Assembly (NCBI GenBank): GCA_963727895.1
Contig: CAVSHT010000012.1
Coordinates: 256,001 to 320,000 of the forward strand
From: an uncultured Methanosarcinaceae archaeon
GTDB lineage: Archaea; Halobacteriota; Methanosarcinia; Methanosarcinales; Methanosarcinaceae
Length of the DNA: 64,000 bases
Direction of reading: 5' to 3'
Below, piece after piece: positions 21,762 to 33,480 of the stretch (its first letter is position 1; every line of letters starts with the position of its first letter). Below the pieces are notes generated by a model. It was not told where the DNA came from, did no database searches, and worked only from the letters and a program-made list of their open reading frames with translations. The position numbers and the translations under genes were made by a program.

Positions 21762-23696
21762 ATGCAATATAGTCTGGGTATTGACGCAGGCGGAACCTAT
21801 ACAGATGCTGTAATTTTAAGAGATTCGGACAGTCGGATCCTTGATACCAGCAAAGCAGTTACTACCTATCCGGACCTCATGGTCGGAATTCGAAATGCAA
21901 TTGACAAACTTAGTCCAGAGTATCTCAGCAAAATAAAATTGGTATCGGTCTCTACAACTCTGTCAACAAATACCATTCTCGAAAAAACAGGATATCCTGT
22001 TGGCCTTATATTGGTAGGAGATTATACTGTTCCAAAGAAACTTCCCGCAGATTATTGTATTACTGTAGGAGGTGGACATAACAGCAATGGAGATGAACTG
22101 CAGCCTTTGGACATTACAGCCGTTGAGCAGTTTGCAATAAGTCTCAAAAAGAAAGTTTCTGCATTTGCGGTATCTTCGTATTTCAGTACAAGAAATCCTG
22201 AGCATGAAATTAAAGTTAAGCAGATAATTCTTAAATTGACAGGACATCCGGTAGTTTGTGGACATGAACTTTCTCAGGATCTTGGAGCTTACGAACGGGC
22301 AGCCACAGCCGTCTTAAATGCCCAGCTAATTCCGATCACTTATCAATTTATTCATTCAATTACGATCGAAATAAAGGAAAGAAATCTTGATGCGAAAAGT
22401 TCTTATGCTGAAATGTGACGGTTCAGTTATAGATATAAAAGGTGCAAAATTACGTCCCTATTGAAACCATATTTTCAGGACCTGCAGCAAGTATTATGGG
22501 AGCTTCTCACCTTTCAGGACTGGATACCTGCGCTGTAATTGATGTTAGGAGGGACGAGCACAGATGTCTCCATAATAAAAAAAGGAGTCCCTGAGCTTTG
22601 TGAGAAAGGAGCAGTTGTAGGGGGCTGGCAAACCCGCGTAAAGGCAATAAGAATGGAGAGTTCGGCAAATGGAGGAGACAGCCATGTATGGTTTAAGAAA
22701 TGCATTCGAGGATAGGCCCTAGAAGAGTTATGCCCCTCTGCTTTGCTGCTGTACAGTATCCTAATTTCAAGGAAAAACTGGAAAAAAACCCAGTGCCCCT
22801 GAGAACCATGCTTAATGAGCATATTCAGCCCACCAAGTTCTTTGTCAGTACTGGAGTAGAACCTATTAATCCCACAGAAAGCGAGAAAAAATTACTTGAA
22901 TATATAAAAGACGAACCTCTTTCTATCCACGAGATATTAAATAAAATGAAGCGGTTCCCCTCTCCAGCAGTCCTTAATTCACTGATTCAGCAGCGTGCTA
23001 TCCAGGCTATAGGCTTCACACCGACTGATGCTCTGCATGTGCTTGGGGAATATACCGAATGGGATGTGGAAGCTGCCCAGATAGGAGCCAAAAAGCTTTC
23101 GCGTTTCACTCAAATGGGAGTTCATGCCTTTTGCAAAAAAGTAAAGCAGCAGGTTGCAAAAAATATGGCTTATAGCCTGATGTCCTTTATCATGGAAGGT
23201 AGGGGAAAAGAAGGGATAAAGAAAATGCTGGAGGAAGAAGTTCCTGCCCAGTACAAATTAAATATTCCTATAGTCCTGCTCGGAGGTCCTGTAAAGGCTT
23301 ATTATGAAGAGATCAAGACTCTCATTGATGCAGAGGTTATAGTTCCTGACCAGGCCAGTGTAGGAAATGCAGTTGGAGCCCTCGTAGGAAAAGGAATTAA
23401 AAGAGTTGAGATAATTATTAGGCCATCCTCAATGGAAAATCCGGATCAGGACTTTCTGGTATTTACCCCTACAGGAAGAAAAAAGTTTGAGCAATACAGA
23501 ACGGCAGTAGAATTTTCCCATAAAACTGGTGAAGAACTCATATCTGAATTCAATGAAAGATTTTGGACTTCCGGAAGGCTCAATAAAAATAAACACAAGC
23601 ATAGAATACCTTTCTCCAGTTGGCTGGAAACAGACGCCAATGGAGACAAAATTAATTTTTGTAGGGATCTGTACCCCTGGTATTTCAACCAATTAA
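21762..23696 (+). CDS. Second hydantoinase/oxoprolinase A-type protein, several frameshifts
   Basis: Paralog of the preceding gene. Frames shift near 22395, 22458, 22548, 22700 and 23550. True C-terminus ...PMETKLIFVGICTPGISTN ends at TAA 23696. Confidence 0.85.
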
Positions 23697-23842
23697 AAGT
23701 AAGAATATTAACCAGACAAAAGGTTATTTAACAAAGCCGGAGAAATGCTCAATTTGAATATAAATCAGCCAAGAACACCAGCCTGCCGGAAAGAAGGATC
23801 AGCGGCAATTGCAAGATACTAAATAACAGGAAGTAAGAGAAT

Positions 23843-24629
23843 ATGGATTCTTCACTTATTGATCTTGTTTTCCGCTCCGATAAAAGGAAAAACCTTCTTA
23901 TATTGCTGGACAGTGGCTCAAAAAATATTGATGAGATCAGGAATGCACTTGATGTTACATCTACCTCGATCCTTCCCCAGATAAAGAAATTGATAGATCA
24001 CGATCTTATTGTCCAGGAAGACAGGATGTATAAACTCACAGTCCTGGGAGAGTTTATAATCAAGAAAATAAAGCCCTTGATAAGTGCTCTTGAGGTAGTG
24101 GAAAAAAATAACTCTTACTGGACAGGCCACGACCTGAATGCAGTCCCACGTTATCTGCTGGAACGAATATCCGAACTAGGAGATTGTATTTTTATAGAGC
24201 CCGACCTGAACCATATCTATGAGCCTTCTCCTAGGAATTATTGACAGTATGAGCAATGCAAAGCATGTTTCAACTTTTGCTTCTTATTTCAACCCTGCCT
24301 ATCTTCCTCTGTATCTTGAGCTCGGCAGAAAGGATGCCGAACTTTCCCTTAATTTTAATCAGGCCGTCTGGGAACATCTTTCAAACGAGCACTCAAATAT
24401 GATAAATGAATTAATGAGTATGGATAATGTAAGTCTGTATGTTTCCAAAGAGGGAACTAAACTTTCTGAGGTTACTGTAACTGATACAATAATGCTTCTG
24501 GGACTTTTTGATAAAAAAGGGAAATTTGACCAGCAATTCGTTATGAGTTCTGAATCCAGTGCACTTTTATGGGGTCAGGAGCTATTTGATTATTTCAAAA
24601 GGCTCTCCAGACAGGTAAATAAGATATGA
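23843..24629 (+). CDS. msrD: ArsR-type wHTH/DUF1724 transcription regulator, MsrD-like, frameshift near 24232
   Basis: SDKRKNLLILL HTH plus C-terminal ALLWGQELFDYF. Symbol assigned from synteny with mtaCB2. Confidence 0.7.
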
Positions 24630-24960
24630 TATGAAAGAAATATAGATATAGATAGCCCCCAGTTACTTCAAAAGGGAACTTTCGTTCCAATATACCTGAG
24701 AAGAAATGCTCCCGAAGAACTGCGAGATAGCGTTTTAGAGACTATGAAACGATTATGAAAAATATTTATACATTTTATAGTAATTTGTTGCAAAAAATGG
24801 TAGTTTTCTTTATATCTCTAAGCATAGACCCCCAAAGATCCTTTATTCTATCAAGAACTATAATGGCAATGGATAAAGGTACAGGACGTTCAGAGTCTTC
24901 TGGTATAGAGATATATACAATGTCAGATATAATAAGATGAGACCTAAGAGAGGGAATCAG

Positions 24961-25751
24961 ATGGAGTCATCATTACTGGATGTTCTCTTTCTTTCAGAAA
25001 AAAGGAAAAATCTACTTCTACTGCTTCTGGATGGACCCAAGAACATCGAAGAAATCAAAAATACACTTGATGTCCGTTCGAGTCCGATAATGACCCAGAT
25101 AAAGATATTGATGAAGCAGGATCTTGTTGTTGAGAGTAGACAGGCTCTACAAACTTTCCAGTATCGGAGAAATTCTGGTTCCGAAGATGAAGACAATTCT
25201 GGAAACGTTCAACGTTTTCGATAAGAACCACGATTATTGGATAAACCAGGATATGACATCAATTCCTCCTGAGTTTCTGGACGAGATTGGGAAACTTGGA
25301 GACTATATCGAAGTAAAACCTGATCGAAACCATGTGTTTGAATATCCGAAAGAAGTTGTAAAACAACTTTCAGAATCAGAAAAGGTGAGGATCTCATCCT
25401 CCTTTTTCCTGCCTATCTATCCATCTCTATGCATAGATCTCGCAGCAAAAGGTACGGATATCACTCTGGTGTTCACAGAATATGTTTACGATAGAATGCT
25501 CAATGATTACAAAAAAGAACTTGAACATTTCCTGAACCTGAAACATACCAAACTTTATGTATGCAATAATAACAATATGAAAATTGCTTCAAGCATAGTG
25601 ACGGAAAAGTTCATGTCGCTCTCTCTCTTCTGTAACAGTGGAATTTATTACAATCATAATCTGGTAAGTTTTGATGAAAGTGCACTCAAATGGGGAAAAG
25701 AACTTTTCGATCACTACAAGAGTTATAGCAAGACCTATTACCAAATTGTGA
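24961..25751 (+). CDS. msrE: Second ArsR-type wHTH/DUF1724 regulator, MsrE-like, frameshifts near 25135 and 25723
   Basis: LSEKRKNLLLLL and ALKWGKELFDHY. Tandem paralog, symbol assigned from synteny. Confidence 0.68.
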
Positions 25752-25905
25752 GACGAATCACCAAATTGTTAAATTATCTTCTTTTTGGATTTTAAACCGT
25801 AAGTTTTTAGAATTAATATCGGTTTAATAAATATATTTTCATAACTTTTATTTTCACTTATTTTTGACCAACTTTGTTCTAAAAAACAAGATAAATAAAG
25901 TATAT

Positions 25906-26645
25906 GGCTTTGATACTTAAACATAGTTATATACTATTAGAAAGTATATTTCTTCATGAACTGCCCAAAATGTAATAGTTCCAGTCACAAAAAGAACGGT
26001 ATAGTTGGTGGTTGTCAACGGTACAAATGCTCTGATTGTGGCTATAACTATACAGTAGAGCTAAAATCAACTGCTTTTTCCGCTTTTGTAAAAAGACAGG
26101 CTTTACAACTTTACCTTGAAGGATTGGGCTTTCGCTTAATAGGAAGAGTTTTAGGGGTGAGTCATGTTTCTGTCCAAAAATGAAGAAAGAAATTTGGTCA
26201 AGAGTGAGAGGACCTAAAAAGTGAAAATGAGATATCTATTGTTGAAATGGATGAGATGCACACTTACATTGGTAACAAAAAAAATATTGCTGGATCTGGA
26301 TTGCTGTTGATAGAGTTGGGAAAAAGTTCATCAACTGCTCTTTTGGCATCAGAGGAACGGAAACTGGAAAACTACTCTGGGAAAAATTGAAGAAAAAAGA
26401 GATTGGAGAAGTGATGACCGATCACTGGAGAGCATATGCAGAGTTTCTTCCAGAAAAGATCCATACTCAATCCAAAGCAGAAACGTATACTGTTGAAGGA
26501 TATAACAGCATATTGAGGCACTTTTTGGCAAGGTTGAGAAGAAAGACAAAGTGTTATACGAAGAGTCTTGAAATGCTAAAGTACTCGGTTATTCTATTGA
26601 TGAAATAAAGAAAGAAAGAGTTAACTATGTTTAGTTAACAATACC
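25906..26645 (+). mobile_element. IS1-family element, copy 1, defective
   Basis: TIRs GGCTTTGATACTTAAACATAGTT / AACTATGTTTAGTTAACAATACC, 8-bp TSD AAGTATAT, InsA Zn-ribbon CPKC and InsB. TGA stops in InsA. Confidence 0.92.
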
Positions 26646-26711
26646 AAGTATATATCTAAATGTAGATCCCAAAAACCAAAATGATAACAGAATGCAAAAA
26701 ATAAAAATTTA

Positions 26712-26783
26712 CGTCCCGACTGAGACTTGAACTCAGGTCTAAGGCTCCGCAGGCCTCAAGGATATCCACTACCCTATCGGGAC
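26712..26783 (-). tRNA. tRNA-Arg, anticodon GCG
   Basis: Reverse complement GTCCCGATAGGGTAGTGGATATCCTTGAGGCCTGCGGAGCCTTAGACCTGAGTTCAAGTCTCAGTCGGGACG. Confidence 0.95.
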
Positions 26784-26954
26784 ACAAGCGAGCAACACTG
26801 ATAAGCACATTCAAGGATATAAACTTTATCCTCAAGAACTGACTAAACTTCAAATTTGCAGCTTGGATCTGCTTAAAAGTTGAAGAAAAACAATCCTGCT
26901 TCTCCGACATCACTATCAATAAAGATTAAATGCAACAAGTTCGTTTTTATAATT

Positions 26955-28143
26955 ATGTCGATGACCATAGGACTTGCAGGAAAACCCAATGCAGGAAAAT
27001 CCACTTTTTTCAAAGCTGCTACTCTTGCAGACGTTGAAATTGCAAATTATCCTTTTACAACTATTAATGCTAATCACGGAGTTACTTATGTGCGGGTAGA
27101 GTGCCCCTGTAAAGAGAAAGGAAAAGAGATGCGGGAAGTGTGTGGACGGAGTCAGACTATGTCCCGATTGATATAATTGACGTTGCAGGTCTTGTTCCTG
27201 ATGCATATAAAGGAAGAGGACTTGGAAATACTTTTCTGGATGAACTCAGGCAGGCTCAGGCCATTATCCATGTAATAGATGCCTCAGGTGGGACCGATGT
27301 CGAAGGCAATCCTGTAGATATCGGAGATCATGATCCTCTTGAAGATGTAGCCTTCTTGAACAGAGAGATTACGATGTGGCTCTATGGTATTCTGGAACGA
27401 AACTGGTTCAAGCTTGCCAGAAAGATCCAGGCCGAAGGACTTAAGCTCGAAGTCGTAATTGCAGAACAGCTCGCCGGAGCAGGAATAAGAGAATCCCATG
27501 TAAACGCAGCTTTGATGGAAACAGGACTTGCAAGGCTAGGACCATGTTAAATGGAGTGAAGAAGATATGATCCGGCTCTGCGACGCAATGAGGGAGATCA
27601 GCAAGCCTATGCTTATCGCCGCAAATAAAGCCGATATCGCCCCAAGAGAAAACCTGGACAGGCTTAAAGATCTTGACAGAATAGTAGTGCCTACAAGTGC
27701 AGCAGCCGAACTGGCACTTAAATCTGCGGCAAAAAGCGGGCTTATTAGGTACAGCCCCGGAGATAAGAACGTTCGAGGTGCTTGGCGGAGACCTTACAAA
27801 AGCTCAGAAAAAAGGGCTTGAAGCTATTCAGAAAGTGATTGAGAGGCTTGGCAGTACAGGTGTCCAGGAATGCATAAACAGGACTGTCTTCGAGCTTCTA
27901 GACCTCATTGTTGTATATCCAGTAGAAGATGAAGGAAAATGGTCCGATAAAAACGGGAATATGCTTCCTGATGCCTACCTTATGAAAAGGGGTTCCACAT
28001 GCCATGATCTTGCTTACCAGATCCATACCGATATAGGGGATCGATTTTTGTATGCGGTAGATGCAAGGACAAGGCTCAGGCTTGGGGAAAAGCATGAACT
28101 GAAAAATGGGGATGTAATCAAGATCATATCCACTGCAAAGTAA
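26955..28143 (+). CDS. ychF: Obg-family YchF-like ATPase/GTPase, four ORF fragments
   Basis: [27 protein letters not shown]-terminal TGS domain. Confidence 0.9.
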
Positions 28144-28253
28144 ATAGACCCGAAAAAACCCGGCTCATCTGGAAAAAAATCTGAGTTGATATAATACAAC
28201 GGAAAAGATGAAATAGTGGATTGTTTTAGCTTGTCAGGGAGGATATTTTTCAG

Positions 28254-28929
28254 ATGGATTTATTTTCTTTTGCATATCCGTTCTATGAGAGATTTCTGGC
28301 CTGGCAAATAACCAGGACCTCTTTAAATACTCCCAAGCATGTGGCAATCATAGTCAAGGAAACTGACCTCTTTGATCCAAAAGGAATGGAGAAGCTTCTA
28401 TCCGCTCTTAGCATTTTTAGAAAATTCAGGGTCAGAACTTGTGAGCGTCTATGTGGACATCCTGAAAACGGATCCTTCTTTGAAAGCCGAAATCGCATCA
28501 ACACTCAGAGCCAGGCTGGAAAAGAGCTTTTCTGACCTTCCTGCAGGTACAGGTTATAGAATTCATGGCGTTGACGGAGAAGTAAATAGCACTGCCCCTG
28601 GAAAGGATTTTTTTGTTTATGTATCTCTGGGATTTGGAGGAAGAAACGAAATTACCAAAGCTGTACTGACTATCCTTGGTGAAGTTAAGGCAGGAACTGT
28701 CAGGCCTGAGGAAGTGGATGAAAAAATGCTTGAATCCCACCTCCTTGTCAATCACGAACCTGATATTATGATCCGTTCGGGAGGACAGAATCTTTCGGAC
28801 TTTCTTGTCTGGCAGTCAGTCTATTCGGAATTGTATTTTACAGATGTCAACTGGAAAGACGTACGAAAGGTCGATCTGCTTAGAGTGATAAGGGATTTCC
28901 AGAAAAGACAGAGAAGATACGGAAGGTGA
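28254..28929 (+). CDS. cis-prenyltransferase homolog, NgBR/Nus1-like subunit, frameshift near 28425
   Basis: PKHVAII without the DGNRR motif, PDIMIRSGG, LSDFLVWQ, C-terminal RRYGR (RxG). Confidence 0.85.
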
Positions 28930-28935
28930 GTTGAA

Positions 28936-29470
28936 CTGGAATTTGAAGACGGGAGCAAAAATTTCCACTATGCAGTAATTGTGTGCCCTAAGTGTCGACA
29001 ACACGCCCAGATCACAGAAACCGGAAAAAAGACCCTGAAATGCCAGCATTGCGGAGCTCTCCTGCAAATCCGAAAATTGAGGATTTTCTACTCCTCCGAA
29101 GCTCTTGAAGACTCAGTGCTTTTTCGGACTCGCCTGCAAGCTGAAATCTCCGGAAAAGGAAACGATATTTTTTCGCTGAGTCTCCTTCTAAAGAATCTGA
29201 GCACTCAGCTCCTGAAACCGAAAATCCGGTAAAAATATTTAAACTTCCTCAGAAAAAAGCCCTTTCATCAACCTCCCCCCTAAAAAAGACCCGAAATCAA
29301 TTCTTCTTGAAATTCTGAAAACCACAGGTGGAAAAATCGAAAAAAAAGAACTCCGACAGAAAGCCCTCGAAAAAGGAATAACTCAAGAAAAATTCGAAAA
29401 AATCCTCAAAAACCTCCTGGAAACAGGAGAACTCTATTCCCCCCAACCCGGAATTATAAAAATTGTATGA
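28936..29470 (+). CDS. Zn-ribbon (DUF1922-like) protein with C-terminal winged helix, frameshifted
   Basis: YAVIVCPKC...LKCQHCG. Later frame reads ILLEILK...LLETGELYSPQPGIIKIV to TGA 29470. Start codon uncertain. Confidence 0.7.
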
Positions 29471-29941
29471 AACATTATTAGTTTTAATTAAAACTAAAAT
29501 AGACAATAGTCAATAGTCAACGAAGAGTTCCTAACCAGAGCTGGCACAGAAAACACTATATAAAAAATTTGAAAGTTTCTTAACTTAAGCGAGAGAATAA
29601 TACTTTATATACTATTACTCCTCTTCGATATGCCGAAAAACGATCTCTTTTACCCATAAATTAGTCCTCTTGAGCGAAGCAAAGTGCAGCGAAAAGGGTA
29701 GTACCGTCCTCCCTAGACGGGATTCGGGTAGCGGAAAAAGTATTATTTGCAGATACGTGACTCAGGCGAGACAAATTATATTAACTACTAAAAGATTTAC
29801 TTATTAATCTTAAATAAGAATTGAATCCGTCTTGGACAGCCAAAAAAGAACAAGCCGTGTTCAAAGATTATTTAAACATTATATATTTTTGCCACAATTA
29901 CAAGTAGTTCATTTTTATCATGAAGTATAACGGTGTTAAAT

Positions 29942-30913
29942 ATGATGGATCCGCAAATTGAGCGAAAACTCATTGAAATTATGAGGGTGATTCACGAAAG
30001 TGACAAACCTATAGGTGCCCGGGCAATAGCTGATGAACTTAATAACCGGGGCTATGATATAGGAGAGCGGGCTGTCCGCTACCATCTAAGGATCCTGGAT
30101 GAAAGAGGGTTCACAAGCAAACACGGGTATGCAGGACGTACACTTACTGAACTTGGAGAAAGGGAGATGAATGATGCCCTTATCGCAGACCGATTTGGTT
30201 TTGTAATATCCCGAATAGAAGAAATGGCGTTCAGAACCACATATAATCCCGAAACCAATGACGGAGTAGTGCCCGTAAATATTTCATACTTTGATAAGGA
30301 CGATTTAGAGACTGTTATTGACGTGGTTTCTTATACTGCACACCAAGGGTATATGATAAGCCCCAGAGTGAGGATCATTGAAGAAGATGAAGAACTGTTT
30401 TCCTTACCTCCTGGAAAAATCGGAATAGCTACGGTATGTAGCGTTGCTTTTGACGGTCTTCTTCTCAAAGCAGGCATCCCTGTGGAACCTGCCTACGGCG
30501 GAATTCTTCAGATAGAAAATCGAAAACCTGTACGGTTTTTAGATTTGATTTCCTACAGTGGAACCTCAATCGACCCCATACAGATTTTCATGAGCCGAAA
30601 GACTACTTCTGTTCTTGACGTGCTTGAAAAAGGGGAAGGCAAAATCCTTGCCAATATGCGGCAGATCAATTCCTCGGCTTATGACAAAGCCAGAGAAGTT
30701 ATGAAAATGGTAGAAAACGTCGGTCTTGCAGGTTATTTCCCTCCAGGAAATATCGATGACATTTTACTTGGAGCACCTGTTGAGACCGGAAAGTTCGGGA
30801 TTGCAATCGTAGGAGGCATTAACGGTATTTGCGCCCTTGATGAGACTGGAATTAAAATCAAGACGGATCCTGTTTCTACTGTTATGGAATACAGCACCAT
30901 GACAGAAATCTGA
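29942..30913 (+). CDS. nrpRI: Global nitrogen repressor NrpRI
   Basis: wHTH PIGARAIADEL...GERAVRYHLRILDERG followed by a DUF128/NRD domain (ATVCS, GGING). Confidence 0.88.
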   Translation: MMDPQIERKLIEIMRVIHESDKPIGARAIADELNNRGYDIGERAVRYHLRILDERGFTSKHGYAGRTLTELGEREMNDALIADRFGFVISRIEEMAFRTTYNPETNDGVVPVNISYFDKDDLETVIDVVSYTAHQGYMISPRVRIIEEDEELFSLPPGKIGIATVCSVAFDGLLLKAGIPVEPAYGGILQIENRKPVRFLDLISYSGTSIDPIQIFMSRKTTSVLDVLEKGEGKILANMRQINSSAYDKAREVMKMVENVGLAGYFPPGNIDDILLGAPVETGKFGIAIVGGINGICALDETGIKIKTDPVSTVMEYSTMTEI

Positions 30914-30922
30914 GGAAATCTT

Positions 30923-31585
30923 ATGTTCAGACTTACTTTCATCTATGACAATAAAGCTGATCAGGGTTTCATAGGAAGCTGGGGGTTTTCAGTTCTTATT
31001 GAAACATGTCATGAAACCCTGCTTTTTGATACCGGATGGGATGGTCCTCTACTTTTGAGACATATGCAGAGGCTCAAGGTTGATCCTTTTAGCATCAAAA
31101 AACTAATTATTTCTCATCAACATTGGGATCATATAGGAGGCCTTCCCGAGATTCTTCAGGCAAATCATGAGCTTGAGGTCTATGTTCCTGCTTCTTTTTC
31201 GGAGAATCTAAAAAATGAAATTAAAAAAAGGGCTAATTTTATTGAAATAAAAGAAGCTGTAGATATCTCCAAGGGAATAAAGAGTACAGGGGAACTCGGA
31301 GACAAAGTAAAGGAACAGGCGCTGATTCTGGACACAGGAAACGGATGTTATGTACTTACCGGCTGTGCTCACCCTGGGATTGCCGCAATTCTGGATACTG
31401 CCAGTCATTATGGAAGAATAAAAGGAATTATTGGCGGACTTCACGATAATGAAGAATTTGAAAGATTGAAAGAAATGGAGCTTATTGCAGCAGGGCATTG
31501 TACCGCTCATAGAAAAGAGATAAAAGAGTTTTTTCCAGATAAGTTCGTAGAAATCGAAGCTGGCTTATGCCTTGAGCTTAAATAA
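30923..31585 (+). CDS. Metallo-beta-lactamase-fold hydrolase (COG1237-like)
   Basis: WGFS, LFDTG, SHQHWDHIGG, TGCAHPG, GGLH, GHCT. Confidence 0.9.
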   Translation: MFRLTFIYDNKADQGFIGSWGFSVLIETCHETLLFDTGWDGPLLLRHMQRLKVDPFSIKKLIISHQHWDHIGGLPEILQANHELEVYVPASFSENLKNEIKKRANFIEIKEAVDISKGIKSTGELGDKVKEQALILDTGNGCYVLTGCAHPGIAAILDTASHYGRIKGIIGGLHDNEEFERLKEMELIAAGHCTAHRKEIKEFFPDKFVEIEAGLCLELK

Positions 31586-31762
31586 ATTATTTATCTAGTA
31601 GAACTGATTGTTCCTAATATGTGTGTTTCTAATTTAACCGATTTTTTCTGTTTTATTTTTTTAATTTTTGCTTTTAATCTGATTGAAATCTAGTTCTTAA
31701 AAATCTGGGATCTCAATAATTTTCTATTTACTACTTACTTGAAACAACAATATTAAATTTTA

Positions 31763-32515
31763 GGCTTTGATAATCAACTATAGTTATTTCTTATGAGAAC
31801 CTATATTTCTTCATGAACTACCCCATATGCAATAGTTCCAGTCACAAAAAGAATGGTATAGTTGGCGGGCGTCAACGGTACAAATGCTCTGATTGTGGCT
31901 ATAACTATACAGTAGAGCTAAAATCAACTGCTTTTATCAACTGCTTTTTCCGCTTCTGTAAAAAGACAGGCTTTACAACTCTATCTTGAAGGATTGGGCT
32001 TTCGCTCAATAGGAAGAGTTTTAGGGGTAAGTCATGTTTCTGTCCAAAAATGGATAAAGAAATTTGGTCAAGAGTGAGAGAACCTAAAAAGTGAAAGTGA
32101 GATATCTATTGTTGAAATGGATGAGATGCACACTTACATCGGTAACAAAAAAAATATTGCTGGATCTGGATTGCTGTTGATAGAGTTGGGAAAAAGTTCA
32201 TCAACTGCTCTTTTGGCAGCAGAGGAACGGAAACTGGAAAACTACTCTGGGAAAAATTGAAGAAAAAAGAGATTGGAGAAGTAATGACCGATCACTGGAG
32301 AGCATATGCAGAGTTTCTTCCAGAAAAGATCCATACTCAATCAAAAGCAGAAACGTATACTGTTGAAGGATATAACAGCATATTGAGGCATTTTCTGGCA
32401 AGATTAAGAAGAAAGACAAAGTGTTATACGAAGAGTCTTGAAATGCTAAAGTACTCGGTTATTCTATTGATGAAATACAGAAATAAAGAACTAGATCTAA
32501 TTAAGTAACAATGCC
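31763..32515 (+). mobile_element. IS1-family element, copy 2, defective
   Basis: GGCTTTGATAA...TTAAGTAACAATGCC ends, 8-bp TSD AAATTTTA, 13-bp internal duplication ATCAACTGCTTTT that breaks InsA. Confidence 0.92.
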
Positions 32516-32730
32516 AAATTTTAAATGAATCTATAATTAGAAATAGAATGTCCCCTAAAATAATAAGAGATTTGGTAGGAAATAATGTAAGTAGGAAAAA
32601 GATCAAAATTCCAACTTTTGGTATTTTTTCTACCAAATAAAATGACTTTGAATGAATACTTTTAATTATTGTTTTTTGAGAATGGACAAAAAGTAGAGGG
32701 GAATTGTATTAAATATGAAAAAAGGGAGAA

Positions 32731-33480
32731 ATGCCAATGCTTAAAATAGAGGATCTGACTGTAGAGGTCAACGGAAAAACGTTACTTCATGACGTAAACC
32801 TCGAAGTCAAAAAAGGATATACTAATGTACTTTTTGGGCCAAACGGAGCTGGAAAGTCAGCTCTTATGAGAACAATTATGGGCTTCAGCGAATATAAGGT
32901 TGTAAAGGGCAGCATTCTGTTTAATGGAAAAGATATTACCGGTCTGCCTGTAGATGAGCGAGCTCGCCTTGGATTGGGAATTATGATGCAGCGTCCTCCA
33001 GATATGTCAGGGATTAAATTAAGGGATCTTATTAGAGTACTGTCAAAAGGAAAGAAAAGTCCAGATGCCCTTGCTGAAAGTCTTGACATGATGCGCTTTA
33101 TGGACAGGGATGTAAACGTAGGTTTTTCCGGAGGAGAAATCAAACGTTCAGAGCTTCTGCAGCTTGCAGCTCAGAATCCAAGTCTTTACCTTCTGGATGA
33201 GCCGGAATCAGGAGTGGATCTTGTAAGTATAGAACAGGTAGGACTGACAATAAAAGAACTGATTGAAGACGGATTGGGCTGCCCTGGGGAAGGCTGCAAG
33301 AAAGGGAAGGCAGCTCTTATAATCACACACACAGGCCGGGTTCTGGATTATGTAAAGGCAGACAGAGGATATATCCTCTGCAACGGGACTATAATGTGTT
33401 CAGGACATCCTCTGAAGATGCTGGAGGAAATTAAGAATAAAGGGTATGAGGAGTGTATCAAATGCAGACTGATGAAGTGA
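32731..33480 (+). CDS. sufC: Fe-S cluster assembly ATPase SufC/SmsC
   Basis: GPNGAGKS, GFSGGEIKR, LDEPESG, C-terminal CxxC (CIKC). Confidence 0.92.
   Translation: MPMLKIEDLTVEVNGKTLLHDVNLEVKKGYTNVLFGPNGAGKSALMRTIMGFSEYKVVKGSILFNGKDITGLPVDERARLGLGIMMQRPPDMSGIKLRDLIRVLSKGKKSPDALAESLDMMRFMDRDVNVGFSGGEIKRSELLQLAAQNPSLYLLDEPESGVDLVSIEQVGLTIKELIEDGLGCPGEGCKKGKAALIITHTGRVLDYVKADRGYILCNGTIMCSGHPLKMLEEIKNKGYEECIKCRLMK

Noticed and set aside
26880..28143. Programmed frameshifting in ychF
   Set aside because: Three separate shifts without consistent slippery sites, in a region full of similar indels.
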